DNA of 64,000 nucleotides from an uncultured virus (IMG/VR IMGVR_UViG_3300011339_000925) (IMGVR_UViG_3300011339_000925), one strand, 5' to 3'; shown: positions 22,158 through 29,933, numbered from the stretch's first letter. Notes: generated by a model not told the origin, from the sequence alone. Made by a program: numbers and translations.

Positions 22158-22436
22158 TTACAATTCTTTATTTATTCTATTTTTATCTAGTGCGTCTACT
22201 CGTATACCATTCCAATACCCTTTAACGCATAACTTATTACTCCTTGTTAACCAAGATAAAAAACAATTGCACCCACCTTTTTCTTTATCACACCTTATTT
22301 TATCAGCAGATATAGTATCACATTCTAAACAAATTTTGTATCTTTCTTCTGCTAATTTTTCTATCATAGGGTCTGCTACACCAAAATCAGCTTTTGTTTT
22401 ATTAATAAACCCTCTTGCTATATTAGTAATATCCAT
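22158..22436 (-). CDS. Cys-rich putative Zn-binding protein
   Basis: ERYKICLEC...C...GCNC...CVKGYW. Confidence 0.6.
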   Translation of the reverse strand: MDITNIARGFINKTKADFGVADPMIEKLAEERYKICLECDTISADKIRCDKEKGGCNCFLSWLTRSNKLCVKGYWNGIRVDALDKNRINKEL

Positions 22437-22804
22437 ATACTTAATATTATACTACATATAATTTTAACTAAAAAAATAACTCCTATATTTTTATTTCTTT
22501 GTACTTTATCTATCCAAGAAGTTTTTCCTACATACAATGTAGGTAATCCTCTTAAGTAATTTAAATATACATCAAATACTATCCAAAATATTAAACTGCT
22601 GTATATAAAAGCTATACACATTTTAAATATACTATCATACAATAATATAGATGGTATTGTAAATATATTAGCTCGTATAAAAAAACGAAAAGTATGATTA
22701 AGACTAGTAATCTTACCCCATTTCTTTTTTATTATATAATAATCAATATATGCATTAACTAATGCAATAACACAACTACTAATAAATAATATACACAATT
22801 TCAT
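22418..22804 (-). CDS. Membrane protein
   Basis: Several hydrophobic segments. Confidence 0.55.
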   Translation of the reverse strand: MKLCILFISSCVIALVNAYIDYYIIKKKWGKITSLNHTFRFFIRANIFTIPSILLYDSIFKMCIAFIYSSLIFWIVFDVYLNYLRGLPTLYVGKTSWIDKVQRNKNIGVIFLVKIICSIILSIWILLI

Positions 22805-22938
22805 TTTATTAATCTATAAAATACATAAGTATAGTAATAAATAAAAGAATAAAAGCAAAGCTAAATAAATTTAAATTATAAGATATTGCTATTGCTAATA
22901 TCATACCTGATAACATATAAAATTTATATTTTTTTACA

Positions 22939-23160
22939 TTACTCATCATTTAATTCTTTTGCTGTTATTAAACTACCTAACAATATTGTAATAGCTATAA
23001 CTAAAATAGTACCTAATGTTATATAAGCATTTTCAATATCATATATAAATTGAAATATCATTCCTATTAATATTAAACTAATAAAAATATTAAACACTAT
23101 ATTGTTTAAGTTTATTTTTAAAGCTTTTAAATATTTTTTTAATGTTATTTTGGTTTGCAT
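22939..23160 (-). CDS. Small two-TM membrane protein
   Basis: Two hydrophobic stretches. Confidence 0.45.
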   Translation of the reverse strand: MQTKITLKKYLKALKINLNNIVFNIFISLILIGMIFQFIYDIENAYITLGTILVIAITILLGSLITAKELNDE

Positions 23161-23279
23161 TTCTTTTTACAGTTTTTACATTTTAAACAACCTTCTTCCA
23201 TTCTATGTTCTGTCAATTCTTTTTTACAGTTACACATTTGGTATACTGTTACATTGCTACCATATTTTATTTCTGACAT
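23145..23279 (-). CDS. Small Cys-rich protein (44 aa, not in ORF track)
   Basis: Manual translation MSEIKYG...MCNCKK...GCLKCKNCKKKCKPK*. Confidence 0.45.
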   Translation of the reverse strand: MSEIKYGSNVTVYQMCNCKKELTEHRMEEGCLKCKNCKKKCKPK

Positions 23280-23375
23280 ATTTTATTATTTATAAAAAAC
23301 AAACCATCTTTTGTTATGTACTTAATTCTAGTGTCTAATGTTTTTCCTATAATTACATTAGTAGCAGGTTGTTTG

Positions 23376-23567
23376 TTATTCCATTCCTTGTTTATTGTTA
23401 CATGTCTCATTTTTAAAATATTTATCTATTAATTTATTATTCTCTTCTATCCTTGCTTGTTTACAAGATTGAAAAAAATCATTTGCTTTATAACTAGTTA
23501 GTACAACAGCTTTTTCAGATAACCTAACTTTATAATAAGGGTTGATTAAATATCTTCTTCTATCCAT
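23376..23567 (-). CDS. Hypothetical protein, first gene of leftward arm
   Basis: Directly downstream of a TACATTTG box. Confidence 0.5.
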   Translation of the reverse strand: MDRRRYLINPYYKVRLSEKAVVLTSYKANDFFQSCKQARIEENNKLIDKYFKNETCNNKQGME

Positions 23568-23571
23568 ACCT

Positions 23572-23579
23572 CAAATGTA
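23572..23579 (-). promoter_or_regulatory. Bacteroidota-type -7 promoter box
   Basis: TACATTTG on the minus strand (TAnnTTTG). Confidence 0.5.
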
Positions 23580-23614
23580 GTAATAAATTAAATTAATAAA
23601 AAAATTTAGAAGAC

Positions 23615-23645
23615 TTGAATATATCGAAAAAAAAACGTACCTTTG
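23615..23645 (+). promoter_or_regulatory. Bacteroidota-type promoter (-33 TTG / -7 TACCTTTG)
   Basis: TTG at 23615, 20-nt spacer, TACCTTTG at 23638; divergent from the minus-strand box. Confidence 0.65.
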
Positions 23646-23760
23646 TGGAGAAAAGATAACAAAGCTACTACGGCATCCTTCAAAAGCTCGTCTTTGTAAG
23701 CAAACACTTTTTGGGGAAAGAGTATTTATAAAAGAGAAAGGTACCTTTTAGATTTTAAAA

Positions 23761-24000
23761 ATGAGTTTTAGTTTTTCAAATACAAAAGAAGAAACTTCTA
23801 AAACTGCTTTAGAACAATGGAAAAAAAATAAATTAGAAGTTGAAAAAGCTTTTTTTAATTACACTTCTAATAAAAAATTATCTCCTGAACAACAAGCACA
23901 CTTAGACTACATACAAAACTTTAAATCAGAATTAAAAGATGTTAAAGGATTTTTAATACAATGTAGTTACCATAAATTATTTAGACCCTACCTACCTTAA
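23761..24000 (+). CDS. Hypothetical protein
   Basis: Downstream of the promoter; N-terminus MSFSFSNTKEE. Confidence 0.55.
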   Translation: MSFSFSNTKEETSKTALEQWKKNKLEVEKAFFNYTSNKKLSPEQQAHLDYIQNFKSELKDVKGFLIQCSYHKLFRPYLP

Positions 24001-24265
24001 TTTTAATTAATACCCCCACCCCTTTATTATTTTTAATAGTGGGTATTAATTGGTGTATATAATGAGGGAGGGGGAGTACCCCCCATACTAGACCCGTTCA
24101 AAATTTTGACGTCGGGGTTCTCCGTGTCAGTCAAATAGCTTAGATGAACAAACGATTCTAGCTATTTAATTATGTGGGTGATGACCAACATCAGTTCAAG
24201 CAGTAGTACTGGAGCAGAAATCTTCGGTCAAAACGCGTTAGACTAACCAATAATGTCTAACAATA

Positions 24266-24374
24266 ACTCCTAAACAAGAGTATGAAACTGTTTAGTGTCC
24301 TAAGCAAGACAAAAAACTGCTTTAATTTTTAACTAACCGTGAGCAAGTTAGTTAGTTTATATTAAACTGTTCGC
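24266..24374 (+). ncRNA. Three tandem H-type pseudoknot repeats
   Basis: Copies at 24266-24295, 24296-24322, 24330-24374 with covarying stems. Confidence 0.7.
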
Positions 24375-24403
24375 TCGGTTTAAAATTTAATTTAAAGTTT
24401 AAA

Positions 24404-24844
24404 ATGGAAAGAGCAGATGCTATCCAAATTATCAAATCACGCCGTTCTGTATTAACAGAAGGTGCTTATGATTTGAAAGTGAATTCTGTCGTTGAATACG
24501 ACGGAAAGTTCATCATTAACTTGTCAGCAATGTCAAGTTATCATGTTGAACAAGCAGTTTCCCTAATCAAAAAGGGAGACTATCAAGGAGCTGTAAACAG
24601 TTCTTTATCATTTTCCGCTCGTCCTTCAGACTTTATTCCTTCAAAGGGAGAGTATGTGAAGGTTCAAGTTGAAAAACTCACCACTAAAAATGGTGTAACA
24701 GGTTTGTTTCCAGTAGCACTTTCTCCAATCAAATCTATCGCTTCTGGTAGAATTGACATTGAAAGTTTGTTGGAAGTTGAGGAAGAAGAAACTCAACAAA
24801 CAGAACAAACCGAAGGACCAAAACTTATTAAGAAAGGTAAGTAG
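24404..24844 (+). CDS. Probably highly expressed early protein (possibly OB-fold, acidic tail)
   Basis: Codon bias like the MCP; structured leader; own terminator. Confidence 0.75.
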   Translation: MERADAIQIIKSRRSVLTEGAYDLKVNSVVEYDGKFIINLSAMSSYHVEQAVSLIKKGDYQGAVNSSLSFSARPSDFIPSKGEYVKVQVEKLTTKNGVTGLFPVALSPIKSIASGRIDIESLLEVEEEETQQTEQTEGPKLIKKGK

Positions 24845-24853
24845 TTGGTAATC

Positions 24854-24897
24854 AGCCAATCCTCTCTCCACGGGAGGATTGGTTTTTTTATTTTTTT
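24854..24897 (+). terminator. Intrinsic terminator
   Basis: GCCAATCCTC...GAGGATTGGT followed by a T-run. Confidence 0.85.
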
Positions 24898-24990
24898 ATA
24901 AAAAGAAACAATACATTATAAATGTATTACACAACTTAACAAATTGTGTTATCATTTATTTTATGTTTTATTGTTTAGTTTTATTATACA

Positions 24991-25195
24991 TTATTAATGC
25001 ACCATAACTCACTTCCCAAGGGTGAGCAGTTGTAATATTAGAGATACTGACAATTTTAATTGTAAGTGACAAAAAGCTCTAATGCAAGCAGCGATGTTAT
25101 ATCAGAAATTATATAGTAATTGCAAGTACTATGTAATGGAGATATTTCACCTGTGTCGATCCTTGCAGATATTACAACTGAGTGCAGAGGGGTAA
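24991..25195 (+). ncRNA. Twister ribozyme (P1 type) with long P5 insertion
   Basis: P1 TTAT/GTAA; UAA cleavage loop; P2 TGCA/TGCA; P4 CTCAC/GTGAG; L4 TTCCCAAGG; 3' GAGGG; P5 12-bp perfect stem. Confidence 0.8.
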
Positions 25196-25240
25196 ATAAA
25201 TATTTATACACCACTTTTTTCAAAAATAAACAAAACAATT

Positions 25241-25546
25241 ATGAACGCAAAACAAGAAATTTCTTATCTTAAATTTGAGAATATCAAATGTGCCACTATC
25301 AAATATGTCACTATTAAAGAGATAGATACCATTTCTATTTCTTTAAAAGTAGGACATACTCAAGAAGAATTTAATGCATTTATGAATGCATTAGATTTTG
25401 ATTATGATAATGGGTATGGTAGTCAAGAACTTCATGGTATAATTTGGTTATCCAATGGTAATTGGATGACTAGATGGGAATATGATGGTAGTGAAGGATG
25501 GGAATATAACTCACTTCCTGAAATACCTGAAGAGTTAAAATCCTAA
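25241..25546 (+). CDS. Hypothetical phage protein
   Basis: YDNGYGSQELHGIIW...RWEYDGSEGW. Confidence 0.75.
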   Translation: MNAKQEISYLKFENIKCATIKYVTIKEIDTISISLKVGHTQEEFNAFMNALDFDYDNGYGSQELHGIIWLSNGNWMTRWEYDGSEGWEYNSLPEIPEELKS

Positions 25547-25598
25547 TAAAAAGGTACGTTAATAGCTGAAAATAACGGTTAAAGCTAATTTTTTTTCA

Positions 25599-25626
25599 AT
25601 ATCCTGAGTAAGATATAAAACTGCTC
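25599..25626 (+). ncRNA. Fourth copy of the pseudoknot motif
   Basis: ATATC-C-TGAGTAA-GATAT-AAAAC-TGCTC. Confidence 0.7.
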
Positions 25627-25905
25627 TTTAATTAAATTAACTATTAGTCCAAAGGATATTATGTTGAAGCATAGATTTGCATTAGACAGCTGACTGATTA
25701 AATTAATAGTTAATTTATTAAAAATAAAAAACTTAACTCTTTCCAAGATGTTGAGGACACCAGTTTCTTTGATGTTAAATTAAAAAGGTTGACCACAGAA
25801 AGATATAAAGTAGTGATTAAAAGCACTCGTCTAATCTGTTAAGAATACCTCATCAAAGTTTTAGGTGTAAAACACATTTATTCACAATTTTAAATTTCTA
25901 AAACA

Positions 25906-26112
25906 ATGAAAAACACAAAAATTATGCTCATTTGCATATCTAGCTTTATATTAAGCTGGATATTTTGTGGTGTTATTGGTTATTTATTAACTGATAATGT
26001 TACACTTAAATATTGTATATCTCACCTAGCTACAATTTATATTATGCTTATTATTGGGTGGATACCTACTTTTATTATAGGATATGATTTAACCAATACA
26101 ATTAAAAATTAA
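25906..26112 (+). CDS. Small membrane protein
   Basis: Two hydrophobic segments. Confidence 0.6.
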   Translation: MKNTKIMLICISSFILSWIFCGVIGYLLTDNVTLKYCISHLATIYIMLIIGWIPTFIIGYDLTNTIKN

Positions 26113-26255
26113 AATCATGAAAAATAAAGAAGAATTAGAAACAATAATAGTTAAAAAAGTTATTACAAATATAACTTTTGCTGTATTACTAATAACATTA
26201 GTAATTACTTTAATAATAACTACAATTAGAATTTTTACAATTTAATTTTATAATA

Positions 26256-26290
26256 AAAAGCTCATTGAATTTTTCTTTGAGCTTTTTTTT
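26256..26290 (+). terminator. Intrinsic terminator
   Basis: AAAAGCTCA...TGAGCTTTTTTTT. Confidence 0.65.
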
Positions 26291-26331
26291 ATTTTTTATT
26301 AAAATAACACACAATTTTAAAAAATAATAAT

Positions 26332-26793
26332 ATGGGATTAGACATGTATTTAAGCAAAAAATCTTTTATTGATAATGATTTTACTAAAAGAAAAATAGAA
26401 GGTCAACTAATAACTGACAATAAAACTATAAACATTAATTTTAATAATGTTAGTTGTATTACAGAAGATGTAGGATATTGGAGAAAAGCAAATCAAATAC
26501 ATAATTGGTTTGTAAAAAATATACAACATAATGTAGATAATTGTGGAGAATATTTTGTTAGCAAAGAACAATTAAAAACATTATTAAAAATTTGTAAACA
26601 AGTTCTAAAAAATAAAGAGCTAGCACCAAAATTATTTCCACATTCTCATGGATTTTTATTTAATGCAAGTTATGATGAAAATTATTTTAAAGATATCAAA
26701 CATACTATCAATATTTTAGAAAGTTTAGATTTAAAAAATAATAAAATAAATAGTACTATAAAAACAAGTTATTATTATTCATCATCTTGGTAA
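26332..26793 (+). CDS. Conserved phage protein (MGLDMYL / YWRKANQIHNWF family)
   Basis: Characteristic N-terminus, internal motif and C-terminal YYSSSW. Confidence 0.75.
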   Translation: MGLDMYLSKKSFIDNDFTKRKIEGQLITDNKTININFNNVSCITEDVGYWRKANQIHNWFVKNIQHNVDNCGEYFVSKEQLKTLLKICKQVLKNKELAPKLFPHSHGFLFNASYDENYFKDIKHTINILESLDLKNNKINSTIKTSYYYSSSW

Positions 26794-27650
26794 TTATGTT
26801 ACAAATTAAAGAAAGAAAATCAATGATGATTAAACCATCAGGTAGGTCTACAGATTTTATATCTCCTTCATTTATAATGGGTTGTGGATTTAATTGTTCT
26901 TATTGCTATTGTAAAAGACACAAAACTGAAGGTGTAGATATAGCAAATAATATTAATCAAATACTAACAGAAATAAATAATCATGCAGTATTTGCTGTAG
27001 TAGATAAACCTAATCAGACACATCCTAAATATATTACTTATGATATAGGTTGTAATTCAGATATGTCATTACATGCTAAACATTATGATTGGAAATATGT
27101 TTTTAATTTATTTAAAAATCATGATAGAGCAATGGGTTCTTTTGCTACTAAATATGTAAATACAGATTTTTTAAAATATAATCCAAACAATAAAATAAGA
27201 ATAAGATTTAGTTTAATGCCACAATCTTATGCTGATCAATTAGAACCAAAAACTAGTAGTATAATAGATAGAATAGAAGCAATAGATACATTTATTGACG
27301 CAGGTTATGATGTGCATATTAATTTTAGTCCTGTTATTATTACACAAGGTTGGTTAATTAAATACAAAGAATTGTTTGAGCTTGTAAATACACATGTTAA
27401 ACATAAAAATATTGTAAAAGCTGAAGTTATTTTCTTAACACATAATGAAAAAAAACATGAATACAATATTGCACATGGATTATTTGGTGAACATTTAATA
27501 TGGAGACCAGAATTACAAGAAAATAAAAAATCTCAATATGGTGGTAATAATATAAGATATAAGCATAATATTAAACATGCTTATATAAATCAATGGATTA
27601 AATTACATGATAGTATTATACCTTGGAATACAATAAGATATATATTTTAA
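26787..27650 (+). CDS. Spore photoproduct lyase-like radical SAM protein
   Basis: CGFNCSYCY (CxxxCxxC), FATK, RIRFSLMP, NFSPVI, YGGNNIRY. Confidence 0.8.
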   Translation: MVIMLQIKERKSMMIKPSGRSTDFISPSFIMGCGFNCSYCYCKRHKTEGVDIANNINQILTEINNHAVFAVVDKPNQTHPKYITYDIGCNSDMSLHAKHYDWKYVFNLFKNHDRAMGSFATKYVNTDFLKYNPNNKIRIRFSLMPQSYADQLEPKTSSIIDRIEAIDTFIDAGYDVHINFSPVIITQGWLIKYKELFELVNTHVKHKNIVKAEVIFLTHNEKKHEYNIAHGLFGEHLIWRPELQENKKSQYGGNNIRYKHNIKHAYINQWIKLHDSIIPWNTIRYIF

Positions 27651-27651
27651 T

Positions 27652-28254
27652 ATGAAACTAATAAAACTAACAAATTACCACTACATTATAGTAGATAATT
27701 CAGAGATTAAAGTAAATGATTGGTTTTTTAATACTGTTCAAGGTAATATTTATTGCAATAATATACCTGATTACAATGTAAATAAAGATTATCTTAAAAA
27801 AATTACCCACTCAACACAACCACTTGAACAGTATGTAAACATAAGAACTCAAGAAGATAGAGACAACGGAATGTTACCAAGTGTATTGATGGTAAAACAA
27901 GATGTCGTTACTCCATTCTCTCTATTAGAAGTAAAAGAACTAATTGGTGAGGTAGATGTGGAGAAAAAGGCGTATGAGTACGCAATCAATGATTTTGATG
28001 ATTATGCTTTCTGTGGTTATGTAAAAGGCTACAATCAAGCCCTTGAAGATAACAAGGACAAGAAGTATACAGAAGAGGATTTGAGAAAAATGTTTGTTCA
28101 CGGTAAACAATTAGGGTTAACAATTGCTGGCGCAATAAGAAATGGTGGGGATAAACCTGACAAAGATGAATGGTTTAATGAATCTATCCAATCCCTCCAA
28201 CCTAAAACAGAGTGGAAAGTAGAATTTATTGATGGTAAACTAAAATTAAAATAG
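27652..28254 (+). CDS. Hypothetical protein
   Basis: ORF in operon. Confidence 0.7.
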   Translation: MKLIKLTNYHYIIVDNSEIKVNDWFFNTVQGNIYCNNIPDYNVNKDYLKKITHSTQPLEQYVNIRTQEDRDNGMLPSVLMVKQDVVTPFSLLEVKELIGEVDVEKKAYEYAINDFDDYAFCGYVKGYNQALEDNKDKKYTEEDLRKMFVHGKQLGLTIAGAIRNGGDKPDKDEWFNESIQSLQPKTEWKVEFIDGKLKLK

Positions 28255-28255
28255 C

Positions 28256-28441
28256 ATGGAAAATAAACAATACACAAGAGATGAAGTACATGCATTAATG
28301 TGTAAAGCATTTATAGCAGGTTGGAAAAAAGCTGATATAGTTAAAGCTGGATTAGAAGCATTAGATACTGAAGTAGAATGTGTTTGGATATTAACAAGAT
28401 ATGATAGTACACCTAAAAATGAGTGTAATACAAAAAATTAA
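28256..28441 (+). CDS. Hypothetical protein
   Basis: ORF in operon. Confidence 0.6.
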   Translation: MENKQYTRDEVHALMCKAFIAGWKKADIVKAGLEALDTEVECVWILTRYDSTPKNECNTKN

Positions 28442-28447
28442 AATAAC

Positions 28448-28825
28448 ATGAACACACCAATAAGTTTTTCAATAGCTAAGTTGCTAAAAGAAAAAGAATT
28501 TGATGAAAAAGTAAAAGGTAGATATTGTATAAAAAAAATTACTCCATTTAAAGTAGGTATATTTTATTTATCTAATTATGAATTACATGAAAATTTTATA
28601 TATGGTCCAACTATTGCAGAAGTAGTGATGTGGTTATATGAAAAACATGGAATTTGGATTAGTGTTATAGATGTAAGTCCATCTCATATTCTTTGGGAAT
28701 ATCAAATTAGTAAAAAAGAAGTTGGTTTAATTTACAGTTCAAGCCAATATCCTGTTAAACATAAATATTCACCAACAGAAGCGTACGAAGCAGCAATAAA
28801 GCATTGTCTAGAAAAAATTATTTAA
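28448..28825 (+). CDS. Hypothetical protein (family shared with 30015-30371)
   Basis: AKLLKEKEF...PTIAEVVMW...EAYEAAI. Confidence 0.7.
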   Translation: MNTPISFSIAKLLKEKEFDEKVKGRYCIKKITPFKVGIFYLSNYELHENFIYGPTIAEVVMWLYEKHGIWISVIDVSPSHILWEYQISKKEVGLIYSSSQYPVKHKYSPTEAYEAAIKHCLEKII

Positions 28826-28826
28826 T

Positions 28827-29102
28827 ATGAAATACATAGATGAATATGCCATTATCAACAAAACTGCTCTTTTAAAAAGAATAGAGAAGTTGGAATTTCA
28901 AAGAGAAGTTGAACCTGATAATTATACACAGTCTTATTTAGATGGTAAAATCAAACAATTAAAAGAAGTTTTATCTCAATCAATTTCTTTTATTTCTGAA
29001 ATTGAAAAAGCTTATGATGCAGGTAAAGTAGATGAAAAATTAAGTAAAATGTTTGATAATCCTAAAGGAAGATATTTAGGTAGTTTAAAACTTGATATAT
29101 AA
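28827..29102 (+). CDS. Hypothetical protein
   Basis: ORF in operon. Confidence 0.6.
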   Translation: MKYIDEYAIINKTALLKRIEKLEFQREVEPDNYTQSYLDGKIKQLKEVLSQSISFISEIEKAYDAGKVDEKLSKMFDNPKGRYLGSLKLDI

Positions 29103-29117
29103 TATAATAAAAAAGTT

Positions 29118-29312
29118 ATGATTTATGAAATTAAACAAATATTGTGGGTTAAAACACCACATGGAGATGGACTAGCTTTATTTATTATGGATTATGGTAT
29201 ACAAAATAATACTATATGGGTAATTGCATTAAAAAAAGATGGTAGTATAAAACATTATGATAGTAATCAAATTAAACTTATTTCAAATAATACAATAAAT
29301 TTTAACGTATGA
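29118..29312 (+). CDS. Hypothetical protein
   Basis: VKTPHGDG.ALFIMDYG motif. Confidence 0.65.
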   Translation: MIYEIKQILWVKTPHGDGLALFIMDYGIQNNTIWVIALKKDGSIKHYDSNQIKLISNNTINFNV

Positions 29313-29536
29313 TAGATTGGATAGAAAATGCAAAAAATCGTAATCGTTCTTTTATAAATTTAGGATTTACAAATGGTTGGAATAAAGATACTTACGATAA
29401 ATTTAATGAATTATTAAAATATAAAATTAGTGATGAAAAAATAAATAAATATAGAGTTGAAACACAATATCAGTTTGATATTGATTATAATGGTGATAAA
29501 TTTACTGTTTATTATTCAACTGATAGTGGTGATTAA
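29309..29536 (+). CDS. Hypothetical protein
   Basis: ATGA overlap with the previous gene. Confidence 0.6.
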   Translation: MIDWIENAKNRNRSFINLGFTNGWNKDTYDKFNELLKYKISDEKINKYRVETQYQFDIDYNGDKFTVYYSTDSGD

Positions 29537-29582
29537 TTAAACGCTAACAATAGATACTCTAAAAAAGTAAAAGATAAAATAT

Positions 29583-29647
29583 AGTCAGGTGGCAAAATTG
29601 GTACGCCATACAAACTCAGAGGGTTACTTACTTTGAGTCCCTGACTC
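29583..29647 (+). ncRNA. tRNA-like element 1 (acceptor stem, D-like arm, one hairpin)
   Basis: AGTCAGG/CCTGACT stem; GGC-AAAATTGGTAC-GCC; ACTCAGAG/CTTTGAGT. Confidence 0.5.
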
Positions 29648-29661
29648 TAAAAATAAAAGTA

Positions 29662-29802
29662 ATGAGAAGTAAGGTTTTTCAAAGAATATTAGATGATATG
29701 GATAAAGACCCTTGGTGGGTTAAACTTAAAAGATGGTTTGTTGTTGAGTATTATGTTATTAAATGTTTAGGTTTAATAAAATATTTTAAAAATAGAAAAT
29801 AG
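29662..29802 (+). CDS. 46-aa ORF between the tRNA-like elements (not in ORF track)
   Basis: MRSKVFQRILDDMDKDPWWVKLKRWF...; its TAG stop overlaps element 2. Confidence 0.55.
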   Translation: MRSKVFQRILDDMDKDPWWVKLKRWFVVEYYVIKCLGLIKYFKNRK

Positions 29803-29933
29803 TCAGGTGGTGGAATTGGTAGACGCAATTAAGCTAGAGATATGATGAATGTTGCAGAAGAGACTTAAGAGACCGAAAGGTGTTATTCTCAAAGGACTCA
29901 ACTCATTTACAGGTTTGAATCCTGTCCTGACTC
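29801..29933 (+). ncRNA. tRNA-Leu-like element 2 with large insert in place of anticodon/variable arms
   Basis: AGTCAGG/CCTGACT acceptor; TGGTGGAATTGGTAGACGC D-arm; ACAGG-TTTGAAT-CCTGT T-arm. Confidence 0.65.

Noticed and set aside
24172..24238. Hammerhead ribozyme (TGATGA...AAAC)
   Set aside because: Core would be GTGATGA and AAAA instead of CTGANGA and GAAA; stems I and III could not be built
24266..24374. CRISPR mini-array
   Set aside because: Units differ in sequence, are conserved in structure, have no spacers, and no cas genes are present
29801..29933. Functional canonical tRNA-Leu
   Set aside because: No paired anticodon stem at the expected position, oversized insert, TTT rather than TTC in the T-loop
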